A stretch of 64,000 bases of DNA from Acidobacteriota bacterium (lineage in GTDB: Bacteria; Acidobacteriota; Thermoanaerobaculia; UBA5066; Gp7-AA6): the NCBI GenBank assembly GCA_046725935.1, contig JBKOZO010000021.1, forward strand, positions 2,752-66,751. The letters run 5' to 3'. This document shows, in pieces, positions 1-8,998 of this stretch. The notes under the pieces are model-generated. The model made no database searches, was not told the origin of the DNA, and was given only the letters and a program-made list of their open reading frames with translations. Position numbers and translations under genes: made by a program. The number at the start of each line of letters is the position of its first letter. Within the stretch, counting starts at the first letter, position 1.

Positions 1-1489
1 CGCCGGGCGAAGGAGGGACCACAAGAACCAGACGCATTCGAATGTCGGAGGAACGGAGAGCCCTGCGTTGCTCCGGAGTGTATCCCTCGTATTGATAGGG
101 CAGAAATTGAAGGGGGTGGGACCTCGCAAGGAGGACAGGGCCCGCCGAGGTTGGCATGGGGGCCGGGGTCGGATAGATGTGTTCGGCGTAAAGCAGCAGA
201 GTCGGCGCATTCGTTCGGGCGGACCAAAGCCCAGCGAGGCGCCTGAACTCCGTCGGGAAGACCTGCGTGAGCGGAGCATGAAAATTCACGACTGCCTGCA
301 CGAGGACCGCCGCGAGCACTGCGGCGACGGCGAGGCGGGTTCTGCGCGTCCTTGCCCCGATTCTTTCGAGGGCCGCCGCGGTCAGAATGCATGCAAACGG
401 GACGAGTTGCCGAGACAGCCTCCCATAGACCACCATCCTTTCCATCCCTGCCGACATCAGGACCAGTCCGCCATAGAGAACGCCGATCCCGGCAACGCCG
501 ACGATGAATGCTTCGGCGCGCGGGCCCCGGATGACCCTCCACACGCCGTAAAGCAAGGAAATGGCCCAGAGGAGTGCGATCGAATGTTCGGCGTGCCAGA
601 AGTAGGCAAATGGCAAGCTCCACCCCTCGGAATAACGACCCTGTGACACCATGTGTGAGAAGGCGCTCCACTGCTTGAGGAGATGACCGTCCTCGGTGGC
701 ATCCGCGCCGAAAATCGCTAGGATCGGAACGGCAAGCGCGCCAGCGGCGACAATCGCCTTCGTCGCGCTCGAGCGCCACGTTCGCGGTTGGTGGAAGACA
801 TGGGCCAACAGAGCGAAACCGGCGAGGAGCCAGTAGCCGTTGTAGGTCAGGAATGCGGCGCAGGACAGGAAGCCGCACAGGATGGACGGGCGCAAGGAGG
901 GCGAATCCTGCAATCCGACATACAAGGAAGACAGCCCGAAGGCCATCGCCGCATCGTAAGGAAGCAGATGCCGGGAATAGTAGAGATTCGTGGTCGCGAC
1001 GGCGAGAAGGAATGCGCCGAGGCAGGAGGCTCGCTCGGTCTCCCCTATTCTGCGCATCAAACCGTAGACGAGCAGGACGCTCGTGACCGAGAAGAGCGCG
1101 AAGAACAGGGCTGGAATCCGCGCGTCCGGTCGCGTGACGAGCTCGAGAGTCGCCGGAAGCATCCCGAGAACACCGAAAAAGAGATGGTCGGCTTGTGTCA
1201 ACTCCAGACGAGCGGAGCTCCAGTTTCGGTTACGAATTGCGTCGATCGCGAGACGAGAGCGCTCGTAGCGGCTCTCGTCCGGCCAGAAGTTCTGCCCTCC
1301 GGACAGGACGAGCAAGATGCGGAGGAGCAGCGATATCGCCACAATGCCGAGCAGGAGCCTGGAAGCGGGCGACTCCTTTTTCCTGGCTGCGTGCGCGACC
1401 GAGCCGGAATCCACGGAACCCAGACTATCCAAGAACGGTCGCCGAGAGCCGGAGGGCTTACATTGCTCCTGGCTTCTCGCCGATGTCAT
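1..1489 (-). CDS. GT-C-type (ArnT/PMT-like) polytopic membrane glycosyltransferase; C-terminus runs off the left edge
   Basis: Absent from the ORF track because it has no stop inside the window. My manual minus-strand translation is open from 1489 down to base 1 (~495 codons): ...SRLLLGIVAISLLLRILLVLSGGQNFWPDESRYERS...ALFFALFSVTSVLLVYGL...GYWLLAGFALLAHVF...LLWAISLLYGVW... It has many hydrophobic spans and an acidic WPDESRY loop motif directly after TM1, as in GT-C enzymes. Start is ATG 1489 or GTG 1414. Listed + ORFs 68-646 and 788-1735 are its Arg-rich shadows. Confidence 0.55.
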   Translation of the reverse strand, partial: MTSARSQEQCKPSGSRRPFLDSLGSVDSGSVAHAARKKESPASRLLLGIVAISLLLRILLVLSGGQNFWPDESRYERSRLAIDAIRNRNWSSARLELTQADHLFFGVLGMLPATLELVTRPDARIPALFFALFSVTSVLLVYGLMRRIGETERASCLGAFLLAVATTNLYYSRHLLPYDAAMAFGLSSLYVGLQDSPSLRPSILCGFLSCAAFLTYNGYWLLAGFALLAHVFHQPRTWRSSATKAIVAAGALAVPILAIFGADATEDGHLLKQWSAFSHMVSQGRYSEGWSLPFAYFWHAEHSIALLWAISLLYGVWRVIRGPRAEAFIVGVAGIGVLYGGLVLMSAGMERMVVYGRLSRQLVPFACILTAAALERIGARTRRTRLAVAAVLAAVLVQAVVNFHAPLTQVFPTEFRRLAGLWSARTNAPTLLLYAEHIYPTPAPMPTSAGPVLLARSHPLQFLPYQYEGYTPEQRRALRSSDIRMRLVLVVPPSPG

Positions 1490-1790
1490 CGGCGGCCGGC
1501 GCGAAAGCATCGAACAGCCCCATTCGGGACGCGCGGAGCTTTCGAGCCGCGGACCTCTTGGCGGGCTGTGCGCTACGGTCGCACGCCGCTGCGAGGTTGT
1601 TCAAGGCGTCGCCGACAGTCAGTCGGGTATCCCTATCGCTCAGAAGCTGGAGGGCGCTCGGTTGTCGGCCTTCCATCACGTAATAATGCAGCTGGGGAAA
1701 CCCGCCGTACTCCGCCAGCGCGGCCGAGCGGCTGAAGACCAACGCCGATCGAACTGCGGCCACCGACCGCTCCTTCGACATTCGGCTCAT
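1458..1790 (-). CDS. hypothetical 110-aa protein, possibly a sigma-70 region-4-like HTH
   Basis: Last 110 codons of listed ORF 1458-1958. ATG 1790 overlaps the stop of the upstream zinc-ribbon gene (ATGA at 1787-1790). LHYYVMEGRQPSALQLLSDRDTRLTVGDALNNLAAA loosely resembles an ECF sigma region-4 helix-turn-helix; the similarity is weak. Confidence 0.5.
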   Translation of the reverse strand: MSRMSKERSVAAVRSALVFSRSAALAEYGGFPQLHYYVMEGRQPSALQLLSDRDTRLTVGDALNNLAAACDRSAQPAKRSAARKLRASRMGLFDAFAPAADDIGEKPGAM

Positions 1791-2353
1791 CGAACCCCGG
1801 CCAGCGGCGAGGAAACGGGGTCGGATCGAAAACGTCTCGCCCGCGATGGCTCCGTCCTGTCGGCGGCGACGGGAGCGACCTCCGGGTGAAGCGTCGAGAA
1901 TGAGGACAGGTAGTCCCGACTTGGTTGAATGGTCATCCTCTCGGCGCACTGCGAGCATCTGGCGGTCCCATCCAGAGCGACGACCGTACGGTTGTCACGA
2001 CCACACTGCGCGCATTTCCAGGTTTTCAGGGCGTGTTCCACGAAGCACTCACTTTCTGTTTCAGCGACCCCGAGTGACTTCGCCGCGGCGAGCTTCGACG
2101 CCACCGCCACGAGTTGGAGGCGGCGCACATCCGCGACCAGCGGGTCCTCGAAGCGGACCCGGGCTTTGACTTGTCCTCCGATCGACGAAGCCGCGTCCGC
2201 AGTCCAACGGCGGAGGACCCTCCCCATCTTCGGTCTCTCGGACTGGAGGCGCATGCGGTCTGAGCAGATTTCGCACTCGCGTGTCTCCCAAACGGGCGCG
2301 ATCCTGGTCGAGCCACACTTCTGGCAGTTCCACTTTCCGAGCACATACTTCAT
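1787..2353 (-). CDS. duplicated zinc-ribbon protein (188 aa), function unknown
   Basis: ORF track. Two copies of W-x-C-x-x-C-G...C-x-x-C-[SA]-[DE]-R-M: C10/C13/C27/C30 (WNCQKCG...CEICSDRM) and C114/C117/C133/C136 (WKCAQCG...CSQCAERM). By eye the third codon position is GC-rich (~75%), consistent with real coding. Confidence 0.6.
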   Translation of the reverse strand: MKYVLGKWNCQKCGSTRIAPVWETRECEICSDRMRLQSERPKMGRVLRRWTADAASSIGGQVKARVRFEDPLVADVRRLQLVAVASKLAAAKSLGVAETESECFVEHALKTWKCAQCGRDNRTVVALDGTARCSQCAERMTIQPSRDYLSSFSTLHPEVAPVAADRTEPSRARRFRSDPVSSPLAGVR

Positions 2354-2648
2354 GAGGCCGCTCGCTTTCGGCCGACATCCGCGGCGGGCTCTCGACTTGT
2401 CGGTGGGATCCGGAGTCGTCCGTCGGAGGGAATCGGAGCAACAACCGTATCACATCATGCCGGCGAAGAGCGGCCGCAGCTCTCGTGATAGGCTGGATTC
2501 GTTCGTACTTCGCTAGGCAGCCTGCCAGACCGGCGATCTGACAGCCCCAACGAAAAGCGAGACGGTTGAGCGACGGGACCTTCCCGCCGGGATCAGCCGC
2601 CCGAATTGTGGGTTTTGTGGCCGACATGGTCACGAAAGGACGGTCGAG

Positions 2649-3587
2649 ATGCGCAGGAACTGGATCACGAAGACTCTATTGGGGCTCGTCGCTCTCCTGC
2701 TGTTGACATCCGCCGCTTCGGGTCAGTCGGCGCCTGGAGACCGGGCTCACGCACAGACGGTCGGCACCGAGAAAGATCAGGTTCTCGCGCTTGTGTGGCG
2801 TTATCACAGAGACGGACCAAGTCTGAAAGCCGCCGTCGCTGAGATCATCGCTGCGGAAAAAGCGCTGGGCCACACGATTACGGACGAGCTCTGGACGGCG
2901 GACCGCTCTCCGACTATGGAGCGCGGCTCCAACGGCCAGCCGAGGGGCAACTGGTATGTGGTGCAGAGCTACTCGAAGGACGGCGTCAGCCAGGTCGCTC
3001 AGTGGATCGTCGATCCTCCGTCGGGTGGCGGCGCGGGTGTCTCCGAATTGTCCGCATATGCGCTCCGAATCCAGAATTCGCCGGATGCGGGTGCTGTCGA
3101 ACGAGCGGCCATGCAAATTGCCGAGCATGGAAGCGGCTGGCTGGCGAAATCCGTCGAAGCATCGCCTTCGGAGCTGAGAGACCTGCGCAACGCAGGATCC
3201 GCCAGAACTCAGGCAATCCAGGCTGTCCTGATGGAAGCGGCCATGAATCAGGTGATGCAGCGGTGGGGTGTGAAGCGTTACTTCGACGTCACGCTGCCTG
3301 CGAAGTTGAGCGGGAAATCCCCCAGGCGCTCTTCCTCGTCCGGGCTCGTGGAGGTGGCCTATCGAGTGCCCAACCGTTACTCGGCCTCCGGAGCCTCGTT
3401 CATGGCTCCTGCCACGCCGGTCGACGGCAAGCCCGGATACTGGCTCGTCACCGCCACTTGGACCGTCGATGGACGGCGATCGGAAGCGGCCTGGATCTCC
3501 AACCCGGAGAACGGAATCGTCGATCCGGCCAATGCCGAAGCGAAGCAGATCGACGCCGCCCTGAGGGCGACCGAGAACTCGAAGTAA
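2649..3587 (+). CDS. secreted hypothetical protein with an internal repeat
   Basis: ORF track. N-terminal signal peptide (KTLLGLVALLLLTSAASGQ). Two related segments: NWYVVQSYSKDGVSQVAQWIVDPPSG and GYWLVTATWTVDGRRSEAAWISNPENG. Confidence 0.7.
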   Translation: MRRNWITKTLLGLVALLLLTSAASGQSAPGDRAHAQTVGTEKDQVLALVWRYHRDGPSLKAAVAEIIAAEKALGHTITDELWTADRSPTMERGSNGQPRGNWYVVQSYSKDGVSQVAQWIVDPPSGGGAGVSELSAYALRIQNSPDAGAVERAAMQIAEHGSGWLAKSVEASPSELRDLRNAGSARTQAIQAVLMEAAMNQVMQRWGVKRYFDVTLPAKLSGKSPRRSSSSGLVEVAYRVPNRYSASGASFMAPATPVDGKPGYWLVTATWTVDGRRSEAAWISNPENGIVDPANAEAKQIDAALRATENSK

Positions 3588-3714
3588 AAGGGGTCGGGAG
3601 AGCAGAGGATCCAGGTTGAGACGCCTCGCTCGCTATCGTTGGAGAGTGTGAGAGGGAGTGAGTCGTGAACCGCGTAGGAATCGACCCTGCGAGAAGTTCA
3701 CAACCGGTCAGTCG

Positions 3715-5040
3715 GTGCGAACACACACGATAGGGGCCGGGCTGCTCCCGGTCGTGAGCACGTTCGGCGTCCTCTTCGGGTGCGTCCCCCTGCTCGTCGG
3801 GTGCTCGCGCACCTCGCCGGCGCCGACCGCGTCGTCAGGGACCAGCACGACCCCGCAACCCGGCTCCGCCGCGGGCTCGTCGGCGCTCAAGCCGATCAAC
3901 CAGGCTGCGCTGCAGACGATGGTGGACACGAAGGCCCGGGAACTCATGGTTCCCGGCGCCGTGGTTCTCCTGCACACACCCCAGGGCGAGGTCGCGATCA
4001 CCTACGGCACCACGCGGCTGGGCCGTACGACCCCGCCCCGCGCCGACACCCACTTCCGGATCGCCTCGAATACCAAGACGATGACGGCCGCGGTGATCGT
4101 GCAACTGGCCCAGGAAGGCAAGCTCAGTCTCGGCGATCCCGTCTCGAAGTACGTCCCGGGCGTGCCCAACGGCGACAAGATCACCATCGCCGAACTGCTG
4201 GAAATGCGGAGCGGCCTCTACAACTACACGGATGCCCCCGAAGTTTCGGAGAGCATCGACCGCGATCCCACCAGAGTTTGGACCCCGGACGAACTGCTGG
4301 CCATGGCGTTCGCGCGCCCGCCCAACTTCCCGCCGGGCACGGCCTTCGAGTACAGCAATACCAACTACGCGCTGCTCGGCCTCGTCGCCGAGCGGGTCGA
4401 CGGCAAGCCGCTGGCCCGGGCGATGCAGGACCGGTTGTTCGGACCGCTGAGCATGCAGGGTACGGCGCTGCCCGCACGCCCCGTGAACACGATCCCGGAA
4501 CCGTACTCGCATGGCTACCTGTACGGCAGCTCCTCGGTCGCCCTGGTCGGCGAGCCGCCGTACTCGCCCGCCGTTCAGGCCGCAGCCCGGGCCGGGACCC
4601 TCCAGCCAAACGACTACACGGATGTGAACCATTCGTTCGCCGAGGCGGCCGGAGGCGTCATCTCCACCGCCAGCGATCTCGCCACCTGGATCGAGGCACT
4701 GGTCGCGGGCCGCGTGTTCAATGCCGCGTATCAGCGCCGCTGGCTCGACAGCCTGCGGCCCGAGGACCCGAGCAAGCCTGACGGTCAGCGATACGGGTAC
4801 GGCATCAGCCGACTGCGCTGGGGACCGAACGCGATGCTCTTTCACGGCGGTGAGACGGCGGGTTACAACTCCTTCATCGGATACGACCTCACCAACCACG
4901 TGGCGCTCGTGATTTGGACCAATCTGCCCGTATCGCTCGACGAAAAGCCGACGGCCAATGCCCTCATGCTGAAAGTGCTCGATCAGATCTACGTGGTGTC
5001 GCCGTTGACGCCTCTCTCATCGCCGACCGCCTCGCCTTAG
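3715..5040 (+). CDS. serine hydrolase / beta-lactamase-family (DD-peptidase-like) lipoprotein
   Basis: S-x-x-K motif (IASNTKTM) and Y-x-N motif (YSNTNY). A GTG at 3715 gives MRTHTIGAGLLPVVSTFGVLFGCVPLLVGC with lipobox LVGC. The ORF track starts the frame at GTG 3658, which is the alternative start. Confidence 0.8.
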   Translation: MRTHTIGAGLLPVVSTFGVLFGCVPLLVGCSRTSPAPTASSGTSTTPQPGSAAGSSALKPINQAALQTMVDTKARELMVPGAVVLLHTPQGEVAITYGTTRLGRTTPPRADTHFRIASNTKTMTAAVIVQLAQEGKLSLGDPVSKYVPGVPNGDKITIAELLEMRSGLYNYTDAPEVSESIDRDPTRVWTPDELLAMAFARPPNFPPGTAFEYSNTNYALLGLVAERVDGKPLARAMQDRLFGPLSMQGTALPARPVNTIPEPYSHGYLYGSSSVALVGEPPYSPAVQAAARAGTLQPNDYTDVNHSFAEAAGGVISTASDLATWIEALVAGRVFNAAYQRRWLDSLRPEDPSKPDGQRYGYGISRLRWGPNAMLFHGGETAGYNSFIGYDLTNHVALVIWTNLPVSLDEKPTANALMLKVLDQIYVVSPLTPLSSPTASP

Positions 5041-5168
5041 TGGCTTCGCGGGAAGGCGTGGGAGAGGGAAGTCTGATGAGCCGTGCAGCACTCGAAACCG
5101 ACGGGAAGTTCACAACAGGAAACGAGTTGGATGCGGGTGTCCGAGTCTCGTGTCCGAGTGCTCGGTGA

Positions 5169-7556
5169 TTACTTGAATCCCACACGCCGCAGAAGACTCT
5201 GAAATCGCGGGTCCGACCGAAGGGAGTCAAACATGGGCTGCACCTTGAGGTCGGTGGCCCAGGGGTCACGTTCCTCGTTGGCTCTCTCGAGCCACAACAT
5301 TGCCTGGTCTTTCTCCCCCAGGCCGGCAAAGACGATGGACACCGCTGCAGGAGACAGGTAGTGCTCCTTCGAGGTCGCCTCCAGTCGCTCGACGACCTCG
5401 AGCGCCTCCGCCCGACGGCCGGCAACCGCATAGGCGTATCCCAGGGACCCGAGGACCACGCCGCCACCCGAGAGCTCGACGGCCATTCGAAGCTCGCCGA
5501 TGGCATCATCCTTCCTATTCATCTGCATCAGGGCGAGCCCCAGGAGCCAGTGCGCTCGGAGGAAGTTCGGATTCATGTCGAGCGTGCGCCGGAACCATGA
5601 AGCCGCTTCTTCGTCGCGCCGAGCCACGTGAAGGGCTTGACCCACGTTGATATTGGCCTCGAGCGAAAGCGGATCGATCTCCTGACCCCGTTTCGCTTCC
5701 TGGATTGCTTCGTCGAATCGGCCCATTCTTGCCAGGAAAACCGAATAGGACCGATACGCGCTCGAGTAATTCGGATTCCTCTCGATCGCCGTTTGGAACT
5801 GAGTCTCGGCTGTCGTCCAGTCTCGTTCGAAAACAAAGGTCTCCCAGGCCAGCGGAACATAGGGCTCTGCGAGCGCCGGATCGAGCTCCAAGGCCCGCGT
5901 CGCGGCTGCCTTCGACTTCGGAAAGGCCTCCTTTGGAGACAGCACGCTGATCGCCGAACTGCCAAGCCGGGTGTACGCATCCGCGATTCCCGCGTAGGCC
6001 AGGGCAAAGTCCGGCTGAATCTCGGCGGCCCGGTTGAAGTCCTGGAGGCTCTTCAGCGAATCGGCGGCGGTGCCTCCGAACAAGTGATAACGGCCTTTCA
6101 GGTACGCCTCGTACGCCTCCGGATTGACCGCCCTGTTGACCGCGAGCCGCAAGCGCTCCTGCGGCGTCAGCGTGACCCCGATTTCGGCGGCGATCGCCCC
6201 CGCCACTTCGCTCTGCAGCGCGAGAACGTCGCGCAGCTCCCGCTCGTAGCTCTTCGCCCAGAGATGCTGGTCCGTCGAGGCGCGCACCAGCTGCGCGGTG
6301 ATGCGCACCCGCGAACCGCTGCGCTGCACCGAGCCTTCGAGCACGGCATCGACGTTGAGCTCGCGCCCGATGTCCGGCACCCGCTTCTTCGTTCCCTTGT
6401 AGCTCATGACCGACGTCCGCGAGATCACGCGCAACGAACGGATCTGTGCGAGATCCGTGATCAGCTCCTCGGTCATCCCGTCGGCGAAGAACTCCTGCTC
6501 CGGGTCCTTCGAGAGGTTGTCGAGAGGCAGAACGGCGATCGACTCGATCTTGCCGCTTCCCCCCGACCGGCCGAACAGCCGGTCCCGCGATCCCCGGACG
6601 TTCACAGCGAGAAAGACCACGACCGCGGCCAGGATGATTGCCGCCGCCGCGAGGGGCCACTTCGCCCGTGGCCCGCCTGGCGCCGAATCGAGGGGAACCG
6701 CCGATCCCCGGATCGTCTCCCTCAGCGCGAACGCCAGGTCTCGCGCCGACTGGAACCTCTCGTCGGGACTCTTCTCGAGGCACCGCTCGATGACCCGAGC
6801 GAGCCCGGGCGGCGCCGCCCCCGGCGGCGGCGGGGTATCGCGAAGGATCGCCGCCATCGACTCCCCTACGGTGGGCGCCGCAAAGGCTCTTCGTCCCGCA
6901 ACCATCTCGTACAGCACGCATCCGAATGAGAAGATGTCGCTGCGCGCGTCGGCCGCGAGCCCCCGAACCTGTTCCGGCGACACGTACCCCGTGGTACCCA
7001 TCAGCGTCCCGGGCTCCGTCGAAGCCGGAGCCGATGTTGTCGTCGGCGCCGAGGTTTCCGCCGTCGTCGAAGCTGGCCCTTCCAGCCGCGCCAGGCCAAA
7101 GTCCAAGATCTTCACGCGCCCGTCGGACGTCAGGAAGATGTTCTCGGGCTTCAGGTCTCTATGGACGATTCCCTTGGCGTGCGCTGCGGCCAGCCCCTCC
7201 GCCACCGCGATCCCAATCTCGATCACCTTGGGAGGGGCCAGCGTCTCCCGCACCAACCGCTGCCGCAGGGTGTCGCCCTCCAGGAGCTCCATGACGGCAT
7301 ACACGATTCCGCCCGAGTGGCCGAAATCGTGCAGCGCGAGAACGTTCGGATGCGAAAGAGAAGCGATGACCTTCGCCTCCCGCTCGAACCGCGAGAGCGC
7401 CGGCGGTGAATCGGCTGTCGCCTCCGGCAGCACCTTGATCGCCACTTCCCGCTCGAGCCGCGTGTCTTTCGCCCGGTACACCTCCCCCATTCCGCCCGCG
7501 CCGATCGGCGCCAGGATCTCGTAGGGGCCGAGCCGGGTCCCGGCAGGGAGTGTCAT
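5169..7556 (-). CDS. Ser/Thr protein kinase with a TM helix and a periplasmic domain plus TPR repeats
   Basis: Hanks kinase motifs (GAGGMGEV, AIK, HRDLKPENI, DFG), TM segment WPLAAAAIILAAVVVFLAV, then SIAVLPLDNLS... and multiple TPR-like repeats. Confidence 0.9.
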   Translation of the reverse strand: MTLPAGTRLGPYEILAPIGAGGMGEVYRAKDTRLEREVAIKVLPEATADSPPALSRFEREAKVIASLSHPNVLALHDFGHSGGIVYAVMELLEGDTLRQRLVRETLAPPKVIEIGIAVAEGLAAAHAKGIVHRDLKPENIFLTSDGRVKILDFGLARLEGPASTTAETSAPTTTSAPASTEPGTLMGTTGYVSPEQVRGLAADARSDIFSFGCVLYEMVAGRRAFAAPTVGESMAAILRDTPPPPGAAPPGLARVIERCLEKSPDERFQSARDLAFALRETIRGSAVPLDSAPGGPRAKWPLAAAAIILAAVVVFLAVNVRGSRDRLFGRSGGSGKIESIAVLPLDNLSKDPEQEFFADGMTEELITDLAQIRSLRVISRTSVMSYKGTKKRVPDIGRELNVDAVLEGSVQRSGSRVRITAQLVRASTDQHLWAKSYERELRDVLALQSEVAGAIAAEIGVTLTPQERLRLAVNRAVNPEAYEAYLKGRYHLFGGTAADSLKSLQDFNRAAEIQPDFALAYAGIADAYTRLGSSAISVLSPKEAFPKSKAAATRALELDPALAEPYVPLAWETFVFERDWTTAETQFQTAIERNPNYSSAYRSYSVFLARMGRFDEAIQEAKRGQEIDPLSLEANINVGQALHVARRDEEAASWFRRTLDMNPNFLRAHWLLGLALMQMNRKDDAIGELRMAVELSGGGVVLGSLGYAYAVAGRRAEALEVVERLEATSKEHYLSPAAVSIVFAGLGEKDQAMLWLERANEERDPWATDLKVQPMFDSLRSDPRFQSLLRRVGFK

Positions 7557-7608
7557 TGCGGCCGCAAACGGAACTCTACAACCCGCGCGGGAATGCGATT
7601 CGGAAGAG

Positions 7609-7684
7609 TGGTGAGCCGTGTAGGACTCGAACCTACAACCTAGAGATTAAGAGTCTCTTGCTCTACCAATTGAGCTAACGGCCC
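7609..7684 (-). tRNA. tRNA-Lys (anticodon CTT)
   Basis: The reverse complement folds as a 76-nt cloverleaf: GGGCCGT TA GCTC AATTGGTA GAGC A AGAGA CTCTTAA TCTCT AGGTT GTAGG TTCGAGT CCTAC ACGGCTC A CCA. CCA is encoded. Confidence 0.9.
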
Positions 7685-7753
7685 ACTCGGGGCGCGGAGA
7701 ATAACCGATTGGAGCGCGGCCGGGCAAGCGCGTTGTCCTCTCGAGCCGAGGAC

Positions 7754-7786
7754 GGGATCCTTCGTCGCTGCGCTCCTCAAGATGAC
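7754..7786. repeat. solo copy of the GTCATCYYGAGGAGCGSAGCGACGA(GGATCCC) repeat family
   Basis: Reverse complement GTCATCTTGAGGAGCGCAGCGACGAAGGATCCC matches 15618-15643 at 23/26 positions. It lies between the thiS 3' end and tRNA-Lys. Confidence 0.6.
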
Positions 7787-7795
7787 GGCTTCCGG

Positions 7796-8008
7796 TTATC
7801 CGCCCCCCACCAGCTCCACGACCTCGAGCTCGTCGCCTGAGGCCAGGCGCGTCTCCGGATATCGGGCCTTCGGCACGATGTCACGGTTGCGCTCGACGGC
7901 GACGCGCGGGGTCGAGACCTGCAGGCTCCGGAGAAGATCCGCCACGGTCGCGCCTTCGGGAACCCGGCGCTCCTCGCCGTTGACGGTGATGGACAGCTCC
8001 GCGCTCAT
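7796..8008 (-). CDS. thiS: ThiS/MoaD-family beta-grasp sulfur-carrier protein (70 aa, C-terminal GG)
   Basis: [26 protein letters not shown]...[16 protein letters not shown] 8008 overlaps the upstream stop (ATGA at 8005-8008). The listed ORF 7796-8119 over-extends the N-terminus. Confidence 0.8.
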   Translation of the reverse strand: MSAELSITVNGEERRVPEGATVADLLRSLQVSTPRVAVERNRDIVPKARYPETRLASGDELEVVELVGGG

Positions 8009-8787
8009 CGCCGCTTGATGGGGTACTGGATCTCGGCGCTCGCGTCGGGAGCCGTAACGCGGATGACCGCCGCGGCCATCCCGTTTCCGCCGGCCGGGAT
8101 CATGAAGGACATCGGGCACGAGCCGTCCGACGCGGTGCGGCCCTGGAACACGGTGGCCGCGCGGGCGGACGTGGAGAGGATCCGCACCTGGACGAGCGCC
8201 CCCTGGACGGGCCTCGCCGGCGAACCCGACGCGGCCTTCAGCTTCGTCTGCACCGAGCGGCCGGCGACGAAGTCGGGAGCCGGCAGGAGCGACAGCTCGA
8301 TCTCCTCCGGCATGTCGTCGGACGAGAGGTAGTCGAGGATCATCTGATCGAGGCTGCGGTCCGAGACGCCCGCGGCGGGCGTGGCGCGGGAAACCGCCGC
8401 GGCAGGCGCAGCCGCCGCCGCGGCCTTGTCCGCCTTGGAGATCTTGCCGGTCTTCTCCTTCTCGGGCCTCTCCGTCAGCGTCGCCGCCTCGAGCGACGTC
8501 GGCGACATGCCCTCCGGGATCTGCACCGAGCCGTTGGGACCGTCGAACCGGCCCCGCTGGATCGCCGCGATCATCGTCCGGTGCTGCTGCTCCATCAGGT
8601 CCTGGATCGCGTGGTCGTCGCGGCCGGCTTTGACGACCTCGGCGTACGAAGTGCGCTTGGTCGCCAGGATCTCCCCCCCGACGTACACGAGGGATTCGAC
8701 GTACGGATTGGCCTCGCCCTTGTCTTCGGTCTGGATGTGGAAGACACGGTTGCGATGCTTGACGTCGGTGTTGAAGCCCGTAATCAC
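8005..8787 (-). CDS. conserved hypothetical protein (260 aa)
   Basis: The convincing coding sequence starts at GTG 8787 ([38 protein letters not shown]...). The listed start at 9057 would overlap the divergent gene at 8999. The middle of the protein is Ala/Pro-rich. Confidence 0.6.
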   Translation of the reverse strand: MITGFNTDVKHRNRVFHIQTEDKGEANPYVESLVYVGGEILATKRTSYAEVVKAGRDDHAIQDLMEQQHRTMIAAIQRGRFDGPNGSVQIPEGMSPTSLEAATLTERPEKEKTGKISKADKAAAAAAPAAAVSRATPAAGVSDRSLDQMILDYLSSDDMPEEIELSLLPAPDFVAGRSVQTKLKAASGSPARPVQGALVQVRILSTSARAATVFQGRTASDGSCPMSFMIPAGGNGMAAAVIRVTAPDASAEIQYPIKRR

Positions 8788-8998
8788 GACAGCCGGGAAT
8801 TGTAGCGCGCCGTCGCGCGCCGCGCCTCGCGGCGGCCTCGCGCTCAGAGCAGCTCGAAGCGCGCCGTGAACTATCTGAGCATCGGAGGCGGTGGGCGAGC
8901 GCACGCCGCGCAGCCGCTCGGGTTCCCTTTCAAGCGGGCAGTGACTTCGGTCACGTATTCGAGATGGGTGTAGCCCGAATCCGTTTATTCTTGAGGCG

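Noticed and set aside
68-1735. Listed + strand ORFs 68-646 and 788-1735 (192 and 315 aa)
   Set aside because: Arg-rich and non-membrane-like. The minus strand over the same bases encodes a coherent polytopic membrane protein that is open to the window edge.
2061-2633. 190-aa minus-strand ORF upstream of, and overlapping, the zinc-ribbon gene
   Set aside because: It would overlap the zinc-ribbon gene by about 290 nt in another frame. By my count GC3 of its unique part is only about 66%, and it has no motifs. More likely 2354-2648 is the divergent promoter region. A short real gene here cannot be excluded.
5073-5098. CTGATGAG...CGAAAC, resembling the hammerhead ribozyme catalytic core
   Set aside because: I could not build helices I, II and III around it. 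The stem II segment CCGTGCAGCACT pairs only 3-4 bp asymmetrically, and there is no paired cleavage-site strand. Most likely chance. A covariance-model scan (Rfam hammerhead models) would settle it.
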